A stretch of DNA of 64,000 bases, taken from contig CAVZSQ010000019.1 in the NCBI GenBank assembly GCA_963777955.1, positions 416,001-480,000 on the forward strand, written 5' to 3'. Positions within the stretch are counted from its first letter, which is position 1. Each line of letters opens with the position of its first letter. The translations under genes were made by a program, and so were the position numbers. Below are positions 41,107 through 51,344 of this stretch, piece after piece. Source of the DNA: Calditrichia bacterium (GTDB lineage: Bacteria; Calditrichota; Calditrichia; JAJRVZ01). The notes below the pieces were generated by a model that was given only the letters and a program-made list of their open reading frames with translations, was not told the origin of the DNA and made no database searches.

Positions 41107-42207
41107 TTAATCCTCAGATGTATAGTCCGCCACTTCGCCGCGATTGTGTCCATAAACCGGTTTATCGATCTCCTGAATCCTTTTGCGGTATTCGGCAGCA
41201 CTTATGCTGTTTTGCCAGTGTCCGCTGAAGCGGGCGAGCAGGAAACCGGCAATAAAAATACCAAGTACCAGAAATCCAAACAGCCAGGAGGGGATATATG
41301 TTTTCGATTTTCTACTGAACTTAAATTGAAGTGTATCCGCCACCGGACAGGCATCGATGCATAGAGCACAGGCAGTACATTCATCCGAAATAATACGCAG
41401 TGGTTTATGAACCGTGATTAAATTAGGACAAACTCTGGTGCACCTGCGGCAATCCGTGCAGGTAACCGGATTGCGGGTGACTTTGACCGGACTGAACAGA
41501 CTGAGAAATCCCAGCAGCGCTCCGTACGGACAGAGATAACGGCACCAGAAATTTTTAATAACTATTGAAAGCAGAATCAGCACGGCCAGAGTCCAGAAGG
41601 CAAATGAAGATAATTCGGTAAAAAACAGTAACATCTTAACATCGGCTACTTTATTGTAAGGACTGTAGATGAATTTCTGCACCCCTGCGGCATCCATCTG
41701 CCACAGGATAGCGTACAGGAAAAACAACAGTAATATATATTTCAGGGACCTTAAGGGAATATCGAGCCATCCGGGCAGGCGCATATTTTTGCTGAAAAAC
41801 TTTTTCCCCACTTGCCACAGGCTTTCGGACAGCAAGCCGACCGGACAGATCCAACTGCAAAAACTTTTTTTCAAAAAGAAACCAAGCAACAGGATGATAA
41901 TCAACAGCACCAGCCCGGCAGGATGAATGTCATTGAATACTCCGCTTAAAAGCCAGTGCTTCAGGCTGATCAATGAACTGATCGGCAGGAATCCTTCTAC
42001 CCCCGGCGGCCGGCCAAGATACAGACCCTGCTCCCCCTGCTGATAATAACGGACAAACAAGTAAAACTCAAACCCAACCCATAATACTACCAGCAGGAAT
42101 CCTATTTGTATGTATAGCCGTACTTTTTGACCATCATGCTTCAAACCGGTCCAGTACTCTTTAATTCTCTGTAAATATTTCCTTGTAAAGATTTTTTTCA
42201 TGTTCAT
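41107..42207 (-). CDS. NapH/YccM-like membrane polyferredoxin
   Basis: FCSWICPVG, WCRYLCPYG, CTDCRRCTRVCP, CTACALCIDACP; several TMs. Confidence 0.9.
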   Translation of the reverse strand: MNMKKIFTRKYLQRIKEYWTGLKHDGQKVRLYIQIGFLLVVLWVGFEFYLFVRYYQQGEQGLYLGRPPGVEGFLPISSLISLKHWLLSGVFNDIHPAGLVLLIIILLLGFFLKKSFCSWICPVGLLSESLWQVGKKFFSKNMRLPGWLDIPLRSLKYILLLFFLYAILWQMDAAGVQKFIYSPYNKVADVKMLLFFTELSSFAFWTLAVLILLSIVIKNFWCRYLCPYGALLGFLSLFSPVKVTRNPVTCTDCRRCTRVCPNLITVHKPLRIISDECTACALCIDACPVADTLQFKFSRKSKTYIPSWLFGFLVLGIFIAGFLLARFSGHWQNSISAAEYRKRIQEIDKPVYGHNRGEVADYTSED

Positions 42208-42234
42208 TATCAAATAAATCGTATCATATATTTA

Positions 42235-42258
42235 ATTTAAGACAATCTTGTCTTAAAT
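42235..42258. promoter_or_regulatory. Perfect 11-2-11 palindrome, putative repressor operator
   Basis: ATTTAAGACAA-TC-TTGTCTTAAAT in the divergent intergenic region. Confidence 0.6.
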
Positions 42259-42378
42259 ATAGTCTGGTTCATTTTATGAGGCAAGAAAATTTTATTAATT
42301 GTTATCTTTTCTAGTACTAATAGTCTGCATTTTGTGTAAAATTAATGTTTTATGATGATACTTTTTGAAAGGAAAAAT

Positions 42379-43792
42379 ATGACTCCAAAAGCATTTTTTG
42401 AATTTGCCAAAAGGGCTAAAGCCGAAATGGTTGATCTGAAATTTACCGACCTGCTGGGTACCTGGCAGCATTGTACCTTTCCTGTCGAGACCTGGGATGA
42501 AAAAACATTTGTCGAAGGGGTTGGATTTGACGGTTCTTCCATCCGCGGCTGGCAGGGTATTCATATGTCCGATATGCTGGCGGTTCCGGATTCCAACAGC
42601 ACTAAACTGGATCCGATTTTCCGGGAACCCACTGTCAGCGTCATCGCCAACATTGTCGATCCCATTACACACGAAGACTATTCCCGCGACCCCCGTCACG
42701 TGGCCCGCAAGGGTGTGGAATATCTGCGACAGACCGGGATTGCCGATCTCTGTCAGATTGGTCCGGAACCGGAATTTTTTATTTTCGATGAAATTCGCTA
42801 TGAACAAAATCAACACATGGGTTTATACCAGATCGACTCTGTCGAAGGCGCCTGGAATACCAACCGTATCGAAGAACCCAATCTCGGCTATAAACCGAGT
42901 TTTAAAGGGGGTTATTTTCCAGTCAGTCCTACTGACACTTATCAGGACCTGCGCGGCGATATGGTCAATACCCTGCGCAAGCTGGGTATTGTCTGCGAAG
43001 CGCATCATCATGAAGTAGGCACCGGGGGACAAAGCGAGATCGATATACGTTTCACCGACCTGTTGACCATGGCCGACCAGATGATGTGGTACAAATACAT
43101 TATCAAGAATATTGCCCGCAATGCCGGTAAAACAGTTACCTTCATGCCCAAACCGATTTTTGGGGATAATGGCAGCGGCATGCACACCCATTTTTCATTG
43201 TGGAAAAAGAACAAACCTCTGTTTGCCGGAAATGATTATGCCGGTTTGAGCGAGATGGCCTTGCATGCCATCGGCGGAGTAATAAAACATGCAGCCGCCA
43301 TATCTAGCTATCGCCGCGCCTACTACCAATTCCTACCGCCGCCTGGTACCCGGTTTCGAAGCCCCGGTAAACCTGGCTTATTCCCAGCGCAACCGCTCGG
43401 CCTCGGTCCGTATACCAATGTATTCCCAAAATCCCAGGGCCAAGCGCTTTGAATTTCGTTGCCCCGATCCAAGTTGTAATGGTTATCTGACTTTTACTGC
43501 TATTCTCATGGCGGTACTGGACGGTATCCAGAACAAAATGCATCCGGGTGATCCGCTGGATCGCGATATTTACGAAATGTCACCGGCAGAGTTGGCCCAC
43601 GTGCCAAAAGTACCGGGGACACTGGGAGAATCTATGCAGGCGCTGCAGAATGATCATGAGTTTCTGACCAGAGGGGGAGTCTTTACGGATGACCTGATCG
43701 AAACCTGGATAGATTACAAACAGAAAAATGAACTGCATGAACTGTCCATGCGTCCCCATCCGTATGAATTTTTTCTTTATTATGACAGTTAG
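42379..43792 (+). CDS. glnA: Glutamine synthetase type I; frameshift at about 43303
   Basis: [72 protein letters not shown]. Confidence 0.96.
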
Positions 43793-43815
43793 AGAGTAGC
43801 CTGAATTATTCGCTA

Positions 43816-43856
43816 GCCACCTTCGAGGTCTGGAGAATCTCGAAGGTGGTTTTTTG
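43816..43856 (+). terminator. Rho-independent terminator after glnA
   Basis: CCACCTTCGAG...CTCGAAGGTGG followed by a T-run; GTGCCTCA-type octamers follow. Confidence 0.7.
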
Positions 43857-43959
43857 CCTCAGTGCCTTAGTGCCTCAGTACCTTTTTTTCCACATTTCAT
43901 TTGTGTCTTCTCTCTGCAAAGTATAATTTAAACTTTAATCATTGCGATTTTAACTAAAA

Positions 43960-46900
43960 ATGCCTAATAAATCTTTTACTCTTCTAGTTTGTATTTTCTT
44001 TATACTGCTGTCCGCTATGGTAATCGCCGAACAGCCTGCCGACAGTACGTTCTCGGTCATCTTCCGGCACCGGCAGTCACGGGAATATGTACCTGATATA
44101 AGAGACGCTGCCGGGGTTGCCTTCAGGGATATCAATGATGATGAATTACCCGATCTCTACATAGTCTGTATCCGGGGAGATAATCATCTGCTGCTGAACA
44201 GCGGTGCTTATCGTCCCTTCAAAGATGCAACTGCACTGTCCGGCCTGGATGGCAATCCGCGTCCCAGGGGATTTTATAATATGGAAACCGGGACCAATAC
44301 TTACGATCAGAAATTCGGTACCAACATTTGCGATCTCGACAATGACGGGGATGGGGACATCCTGATTGCCGGTTGGGGTATTGCTACCGCCCTTTACCGG
44401 AATAACGGTAATCTGCAATTCAGAAATATAACCGATCAACTGGAATTATTTCCCCCCATCAATGCCAACCAGTTTTATGCGGCTGATCTAGACAACGACG
44501 GTTTGCTGGATCTGTTACTGACCGATGAAAATCACGGCGTCAGGCTGTTACGCAATTTAGGCGATAACTTTTTCCAGGATATTACTTCCGGCAGTGGATT
44601 GGATACGGTCAGCACGGCCCGTTCGGCAGCATTTTGTGATTTTGATAACGACGGAGACGCAGATCTGTATCTGACCCGCTACAATAAACCGGATCAAATG
44701 TACCGTAATTCAGGTGATGGCCGCTTTATACCCCTGCCGGCCTTCCTGGCCGTGCTGCGACAGAATCTACCCTCTACCGGAATTAAGCTGGGGAGATATC
44801 GATAACGATACTGATCTGGATTTCCTGGTTACAGCCTCTGATGGCCACAACCGGTTATATCTGAATCAGACTGCACCCGGCGATTCCAATTGGATTTTCA
44901 GCGAATTCAACCCGCTCAGTGACGGGAAGTACCTTTTCCCCTCCTACGGGAGTATAATGGCTGATTTTAATAACGATGGCCTGCTTGATATCTTTATTGC
45001 CAATAGAGGTCCGAATGAACTCCTGTGGCAGCGCTCTCCGCTTCTATTTGAGCAAAGTTTTGAATATTCCCCGGCTATCGTTAGATCTGCGACTCCGGCC
45101 GGCAGCCGCAGTGCAGTGTGCGCTGATTTTGATCTGGACGGTGATCTGGATGTGTTTGTTACCAATCTGGATACTTTCTGCGTGCTTTATCAGAACATGA
45201 CCAACACTTCATCTTTTATAAAATTCAAATTAACCGGTACCATTTCCAACCGCGATGCAGTGGGAGCCAGGATTGAATTACACCCGCCGGCGAATGATAA
45301 AGAAATAATTGCCATCCGTGAGATCAATGGCGGCGAAGGGTATCTTTCCGCCAACGAACCGCTGGTACATTTTGGACTGGATACACTGACCCGGGTTGAT
45401 GCGACCATTCGTTTTCCCGGAGGCCGGATTATCAAGGCACAGGGACTGGCCGCCGGTCAGGTCCACCAGATCTATGAGTACGCCCTGCTGGAGCGTTCCT
45501 TTATTCAATTTTACCAGCATTTGTTGAGCCTGATGCGTCAGACTGTTTTCTGGTATCAGGTCATTCTGGCCCTGTTATTCTTTATGTTGATTTTTGTCTT
45601 TGTACGGCTGGGCTTGAAGCGCTACCGTTGGAGTCCCGGAGCAGCGAGTGGTTACCTGGTAGGATTTTTTATTTCAGCACTGATTGCGATTACGGCCTTA
45701 AAGAAACTTGGCTTGTTGACCATCTATATCACCATCGATATACTGACGATCCTGTTTATTATTATTTCCATCATTAACTCGGAGCGTCTGTACCGTCTGC
45801 GCAGCATCCGCGAAAGATATCGTTCGATTCTGATCGACCTGAGCAACCAGATTGTCAATATTCATGATAATGACGAGTTATTCCGAACCGTAATCGAAAA
45901 CATTCTGCAGATAACCGAATTTGATACCATCGTTATATTGGCACTTGATCGCAGTGAAAAAAATGTGGAGAACGTATTATCACGGGGAGTCGAGGTCGGA
46001 CCTCAGGATCCCGGTGCGCAGCAATGCTGGCCGGAATTTCTCCCGGCCATGCGGATTCATAAACATATACAGAAGAATTTTCACCGCAATTATATCCCTC
46101 TGTTCAGTTTACTCGGTGCGGAAGTCATCTTAAGTATTGAAAGAGGCACCAGGATATACGGTTTACTATCTCTAGGCGCCCGGCACCCGATCAGTCCGCT
46201 TAAACGGGAAGATCTCGAATTATTCAAATCCTTGTGCAATCAGATGGCCGTGGCCCTGGAAAATAATGAATACATTCACCGTTCCACCGAAATGATCAAG
46301 CGCTTAACTGCCGCTGAAGTACAGGAAAAATACCTGAAGGAACTGGAAGCAGCCTATACAGTTCTGGATTCAAAAAACCGCGACCTGCAGCAGCTGTACG
46401 ATGAGTTGAAGAATACCCAGGCACAGTTGATTCAGGCTGAAAAAATGGCTTCCCTTGGTCAACTGGTAGCCGGCATATCGCATGAAATAAACAATCCGGT
46501 CGGATTTATTTATTCCAACGTCAAGCAACTGCAACAGTATACCCAGAGGATTGAAAACTTTATTGCCCGGCAATCCGAGGCCGATCAAATCAAACAGATC
46601 CTGCCCGATATAAAGAACCTGATCGAAGATACGATCACCGGCAGTAAAATGATCAAAGAACTGGTCAGCGATCTGCGTAGTTTTTCACACCTCGATCAGG
46701 CCAAGTGGCAAATGTTTAATATACATGATGGTCTGGAGAACAGCATTAAGATCATGCTGACCCAGTTCAAGCATCACCTCACCATCCAGCGCAGTTTCCA
46801 CGCCGCAGGTGCACTGGAATGCAATCCCGGTCAACTTAATCAGGTTTTTCTGAATCTATTGACTAATGCGGCACAGGCTATTAAGGAAGAAGGTACCATT

Positions 46901-47161
46901 TGGATAGAAACTGAGGACCTGCGGCGGCAGAACTCCCTGGTTATCCGGATCAGGGATAATGGCATCGGTATGCCTGCTGAAACGGTCAATAAAATATTTG
47001 ATCCATTCTTTACTACCAAGGACGTTGGTGAAGGAACCGGCTTGGGTTTGAGTATCAGTTATTCGATCATTAAAAATCACGGCGGCAGCATCGAAGTGAC
47101 CAGCACTCCCGGCAAGGGCAGCACGTTTACGATCACCCTGCCGTATAAAAAAACTTCGTAG
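43960..47161 (+). CDS. Membrane histidine kinase with extracytoplasmic FG-GAP propeller + ASPIC/UnbV domain, 3 TM, GAF, HisKA-HATPase; frameshift at 44785-44786
   Basis: Signal peptide; seven DxD/NxDxxxD repeats; NRDAVGARI..GGEGYLS..VHFGL; SHEINNP, NLLTNA, DNGIG, FTTK..G.GTGLGL; removing one A gives TGISWGDIDND. Confidence 0.88.
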
Positions 47162-47270
47162 GCACGATAAATGCGCCCCCGCGAACACAATAATAAATCA
47201 TGTTTCGTATTTAAACTTTACCCACATTCCTACGTACTATCTTTTATAGAACGGGAGGGATTATCGGATC

Positions 47271-48360
47271 ATGACCAATTCGAAAAGCAGAGACGCCGAG
47301 CCGAAATTATTCAAAACATTTTTTGATGATATAAACCGGGTAAATATCCGGCGTTCTTTTAAAACCGACTGGAATGAGTTAAAGGAATTTTTTATAACCG
47401 AGCAGCGCAAAAAAAAATTACTGCACATGTCCCGGTTCCGCCGCTGGTTGTATACCGTCGGCTGGATGTTAAAGGGCCTTTTTCTGCGTCTGACCCCTTT
47501 TCGCCGACTGACTGCTGGTAATTGCCACTTTTTGCTTACTGATCTCCCAGAACACACAAAATAATCAGAATAGCCTGATATTTATAGGGCTGCTGATATT
47601 ACTCTTTATCTTAATGCTGGAACTCAAAGACAAGTTACTGGCTCATGAAGAATTAGAGGCCGGCCGGGCGGTGCAACAGGCTTTATTACCGGAATCGAAA
47701 CCTGCCATTCCGGGCTGGCAAATCTGGCTATCCACCTCACCGGCTTACGAAATTGGCGGAGATCTGGTGGATTATATTCCTTTTAATCGGCATCATGCCC
47801 TGGTGCTGGCGGATGTATCGGGTAAAGGACTGGCCGCAGCCCTGTTCATGGCCAAACTGCAGGCTACCATCCGCGCCCTGGTTGCCGATGTTTCCGATCT
47901 GACCACGCTGGGAAGAAAAATCAATTCCATTTTTTATCGTGATACCCGCCGTCAGAGTTTTGCTTCCCTGCTGCTGATCGGTCTTGGATCGATCCCGGGA
48001 AAAATAAATTTGCTGAATGCCGGACATCTGCCGCCGCTGCTGATTCAAAACGATAAGATTGTAGAACTACCTAAAGGTTCAACAGCAATTGGACTGGCTG
48101 CCGGAACAGTTTTTGCCGAACAGGAGATTACACTCCAGCCCAACGATATTTTCCTTGGCTATACCGATGGACTGGTCGAATCCCGGAATTCCGCAGGAGA
48201 ATTTTTCGGAGAGGAACGATTAAGAAATTTACTGTACGATTTTGCCCATCTTTCGCCGGAATTGCTGGCCCAGCGAATATTCGATACAATCCATGACTTC
48301 GTCAATGAAACAGCCAAGCATGACGATCTTTCCCTGGTTATAATTAAACGTATCGCTTGA
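47271..48360 (+). CDS. Membrane-anchored SpoIIE/PP2C phosphatase; frameshift at about 47511
   Basis: Two TMs after the join; IGGDLVD, LADVSGKG, NAGHLPP, YTDGLVE, DDLSL. Confidence 0.88.
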
Positions 48361-48425
48361 TTATTATTCCTGCCCTGATTAGGTTTAAACAGACTATTGG
48401 CACTTAATCATTCTAATAATCGGCT

Positions 48426-49859
48426 ATGAATAAAGATACTATTCTTATAGTTGATGATCAGCCGGAAATCCTGAATGCCCTGGAACGTCTGTTAAAAGAA
48501 GAATATCAGATACTGACGGCAGCCAGTGGTTCAGCTGCCCTGGAAATCCTGGCTAAACAACAGGTAACCGTCATTCTGGCCGATCAGCGCATGCCCGGGA
48601 TGACCGGCGTCGAATTTTTTTCCCGGGCTCTTGAACAGCAGCCGGATACCATAAGAATCCTGATCACGGCTTATGCCGACATCACCGCTTCCATTGATGC
48701 TGTCAACCGCGGACAGATATTTTATTATATTTCCAAGCCATGGGAACCGGAAGAGTTGTTACTGATTGTACGCCGGGCCGTGGAAAAATTCCGCTTGCTG
48801 CGCGAGAATAAAGAACTGAATCAAAAATTACATGAAGCAAATGTACAACTGCAGCAGGAAAATGTTTTGCTCAAACAGAGTATCACCCGGGAATATGATT
48901 TCAGCAGCATTATCGGTCACGCTCCGCGGATGCTGCAGGTGTTCAAACTGGTTTCCCGGATTATCGATACTTCCACCACCGTATTATTGCTCGGTGAAAC
49001 CGGAACCGGCAAGGAGTTGATCGCCCGGGCCATACACTTTAATGGCCCCCGTAAGGGTGAACTGTTTGTGGCCCAGAATTGCGGTGCCCTGCCGGATACT
49101 TTGCTGGAGAGTGAACTTTTCGGTCATACCCGCGGATCCTTTACCGGGGCAGTTGCCGATCGTAAAGGTATTTTCGAACTGGCCGACGGCGGAACTGTTT
49201 TTCTGGATGAGATCGCCGATACTTCCCCGGCACTGCAGGTACGCCTGCTCAGAGTACTTCAGGAAGGGGAAATCAAACCGGTTGGCGGTACCAAAACGAA
49301 TAAAGTGGACGTACGGGTAATCGCGGCGACTAACAAAAATCTGGAACAAATGGTCAGTGAACACAATTTCCGTGAGGATCTTTATTACCGCCTGAATGTA
49401 TTTCCGATCATTCTACCGCCTCTGCGCGAACGCCGTGATGATATCAGCGACCTGGTAAATCATTTTGTTATTAAATATGCCCAAAAGATCAATAAGAACA
49501 TAACTGCCATAACCCCGGAAGCTATGCAATTGCTGATACAGGCTAATTTCCCCGGCAATATCCGTGAACTGGAAAACGAAATTGAACGGGCTGTCACCTT
49601 AACCGACGATAACTCTGCCATAACACCCGAAGTTCTGTCAACCCGCTTCCACCAGTCGCAAATATTTTCGCTACCCGAGAAAGACATTTTACAGCGCCCC
49701 ATGAAAGATCAGGTGGAAGAACTGGAAAAACACATGATTCTGCATGCCCTGCGGGAAACACATGGCAACATACTGCATGCGGCTGAAAAACTTCATCTTA
49801 GCCGCGCCGGCCTGCATAAAAAAATTAACCGTTATAAACTCCCCGTCAAAGTAAAGTAA
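48426..49859 (+). CDS. Sigma54-dependent response regulator (REC-AAA+-HTH)
   Basis: VDDQ, ADQRMPG, KPW; GETGTGKE, ESELFGHTRGSFTGA, FLDEI, FPGNIRELEN; HTH. Confidence 0.95.
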   Translation: MNKDTILIVDDQPEILNALERLLKEEYQILTAASGSAALEILAKQQVTVILADQRMPGMTGVEFFSRALEQQPDTIRILITAYADITASIDAVNRGQIFYYISKPWEPEELLLIVRRAVEKFRLLRENKELNQKLHEANVQLQQENVLLKQSITREYDFSSIIGHAPRMLQVFKLVSRIIDTSTTVLLLGETGTGKELIARAIHFNGPRKGELFVAQNCGALPDTLLESELFGHTRGSFTGAVADRKGIFELADGGTVFLDEIADTSPALQVRLLRVLQEGEIKPVGGTKTNKVDVRVIAATNKNLEQMVSEHNFREDLYYRLNVFPIILPPLRERRDDISDLVNHFVIKYAQKINKNITAITPEAMQLLIQANFPGNIRELENEIERAVTLTDDNSAITPEVLSTRFHQSQIFSLPEKDILQRPMKDQVEELEKHMILHALRETHGNILHAAEKLHLSRAGLHKKINRYKLPVKVK

Positions 49860-49894
49860 ACATAGTTTACACACAACTGTAAACAGTGTTTACA
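49855..49894. promoter_or_regulatory. Tandem palindromic enhancer (UAS) sites for a bacterial enhancer-binding protein
   Basis: AGTAAACATAGTTTACA (49855-49871) and TGTAAACAGTGTTTACA (49878-49894), centres 23 bp apart. Confidence 0.75.
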
Positions 49895-49978
49895 TATTTC
49901 TATTCAGAATAGATTTATTGTTGTATATTTTTATATGTAACTTCAATAAAAACAATACACATACATATTTTAATTATC

Positions 49979-49994
49979 TGGCACGCTAATTGTA
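49979..49994 (+). promoter_or_regulatory. Sigma54 -24/-12 promoter
   Basis: TGGCACG-CTAA-TTGTA (consensus TGGCACG-N4-TTGC; one mismatch at -12); AT-rich spacer to the UAS. Confidence 0.75.
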
Positions 49995-50042
49995 TATTTA
50001 TTTTCCAGTAGTTATAATAAAGGAAGTAAAGGAGTAAATAAA

Positions 50043-51312
50043 ATGAAAAAACAAAACTGGTTCCTAACCTTAGCCGTAGTGATGCTGGCTAGTTTTGCCC
50101 TGGTGGGGTGTTACACCAGATTCGGCTTCGTTCATCAGGAAACCGGTTATGAAGATGAAGAGACTTTATGAAGCGGAAGTTGCTGACGAAGCTGAAATCG
50201 GTGAAACCGACGATGTCCCTTGTTGTGATGACAGGTATGACCATTATTATGTCCGCGATCATTATTTCTATGATCCCTGGTGCTGGGAGCCCGGATTTTA
50301 CGTTTCGGTAGGTTTCGGCTGGGATTATTTCGATCCGTACTGGTACTATCCTTACTATTATTATCCATATCGTCCTTACTACCACTATCCCTATGTGGCT
50401 TATCCTTATCCGTTTGTTTATCCATGGGGTTATCCGGTCTGGTACTATGAGCCCGATTATAACTATGCTTACAACTATGAACGCCGGCCCTTTGTAAAAC
50501 GGGGACAGTATCTGCCGGCCAGACGGGGAATGGATCTTAACGAGCGAATGGAATTGGCCAACCGGCCCGGACGCCGCGTGGGAGTTACCGATCGTAATCG
50601 CGAACTGGTCTCCGGCAACATCAGAACTGCTGATATCAGCCGCGATAATAACCGCGATAGAATTTCCGCCCGCAGTGCAGCAGTCAAAACTCGTGAGAAA
50701 GACAATACTGCTACTCGCGCCAAATCTACGACGACCGCAGTCGGGGAACGACGGGAAGTCACCAATTCAGGAAATCGCGAAACTACCCGGCGCAATGGCA
50801 AAGAAACTACCACTACGACCAGGGAAAATACGGGAAAGAGATCTGCGACGACGACAACAAAACGTACTGATTCATCATCGACAAGAGTGAATAAAGTAAA
50901 TAATAATACTCATGATTCAAATAGCGGCAACTCTTCAGTGAACGGACGGTCCAGTGTGACGCGACCGGCTTCAGGATCTAACAAAAATTCTTCCGGTTCC
51001 GCTAACTCTTCAAGATCATCAAACTCCTCAAACGGAAATTCCAAGGTCACCCGTTCCAATTCCGGTTCAAGCGATCGTTCAGCTGGTTCCCGCAGCAGCA
51101 ATTCCTCAACGGTTACCCGTTCCAGTTCCGGTTCGGGTAAAAGTTCCTCGAGTTCAGGCAGAAGTTCTTCCGGTTCCAGCGGCCGTTCCTATTCAGCCCC
51201 GTCCAGCAGCCACGGTAGTTCTTCCTCGGGCGGCAGCCAAAGTTCCGGCAGATCAAGTTCAGGTAGTTCAGGTGGATCAAGCAGATCCGGTTCAGGCGGA
51301 CACAGACGCTAA
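50043..51312 (+). CDS. Lipoprotein with Tyr/Pro/Trp-rich core and Arg/Thr/Ser/Gly low-complexity tail; frameshift at 50165-50167
   Basis: AAGGAG RBS; MKKQNWFLTLAVVMLASFALVG-C lipobox; joins EDEETYEAEV if one T is removed. Confidence 0.82.
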
Positions 51313-51344
51313 GAGCCCGAGTCAATATAATGGAGAAAATTAAA

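Noticed and set aside
42295..43214. Long antisense and alternate-frame ORFs over glnA, and similar shadows elsewhere
   Set aside because: They overlap well-supported genes and have no motifs or RBS.
43289..43320. Programmed frameshifting or phase variation in glnA and the other split genes
   Set aside because: No slippery heptamers or long homopolymers; the uniform one-extra-base pattern fits sequencing error.
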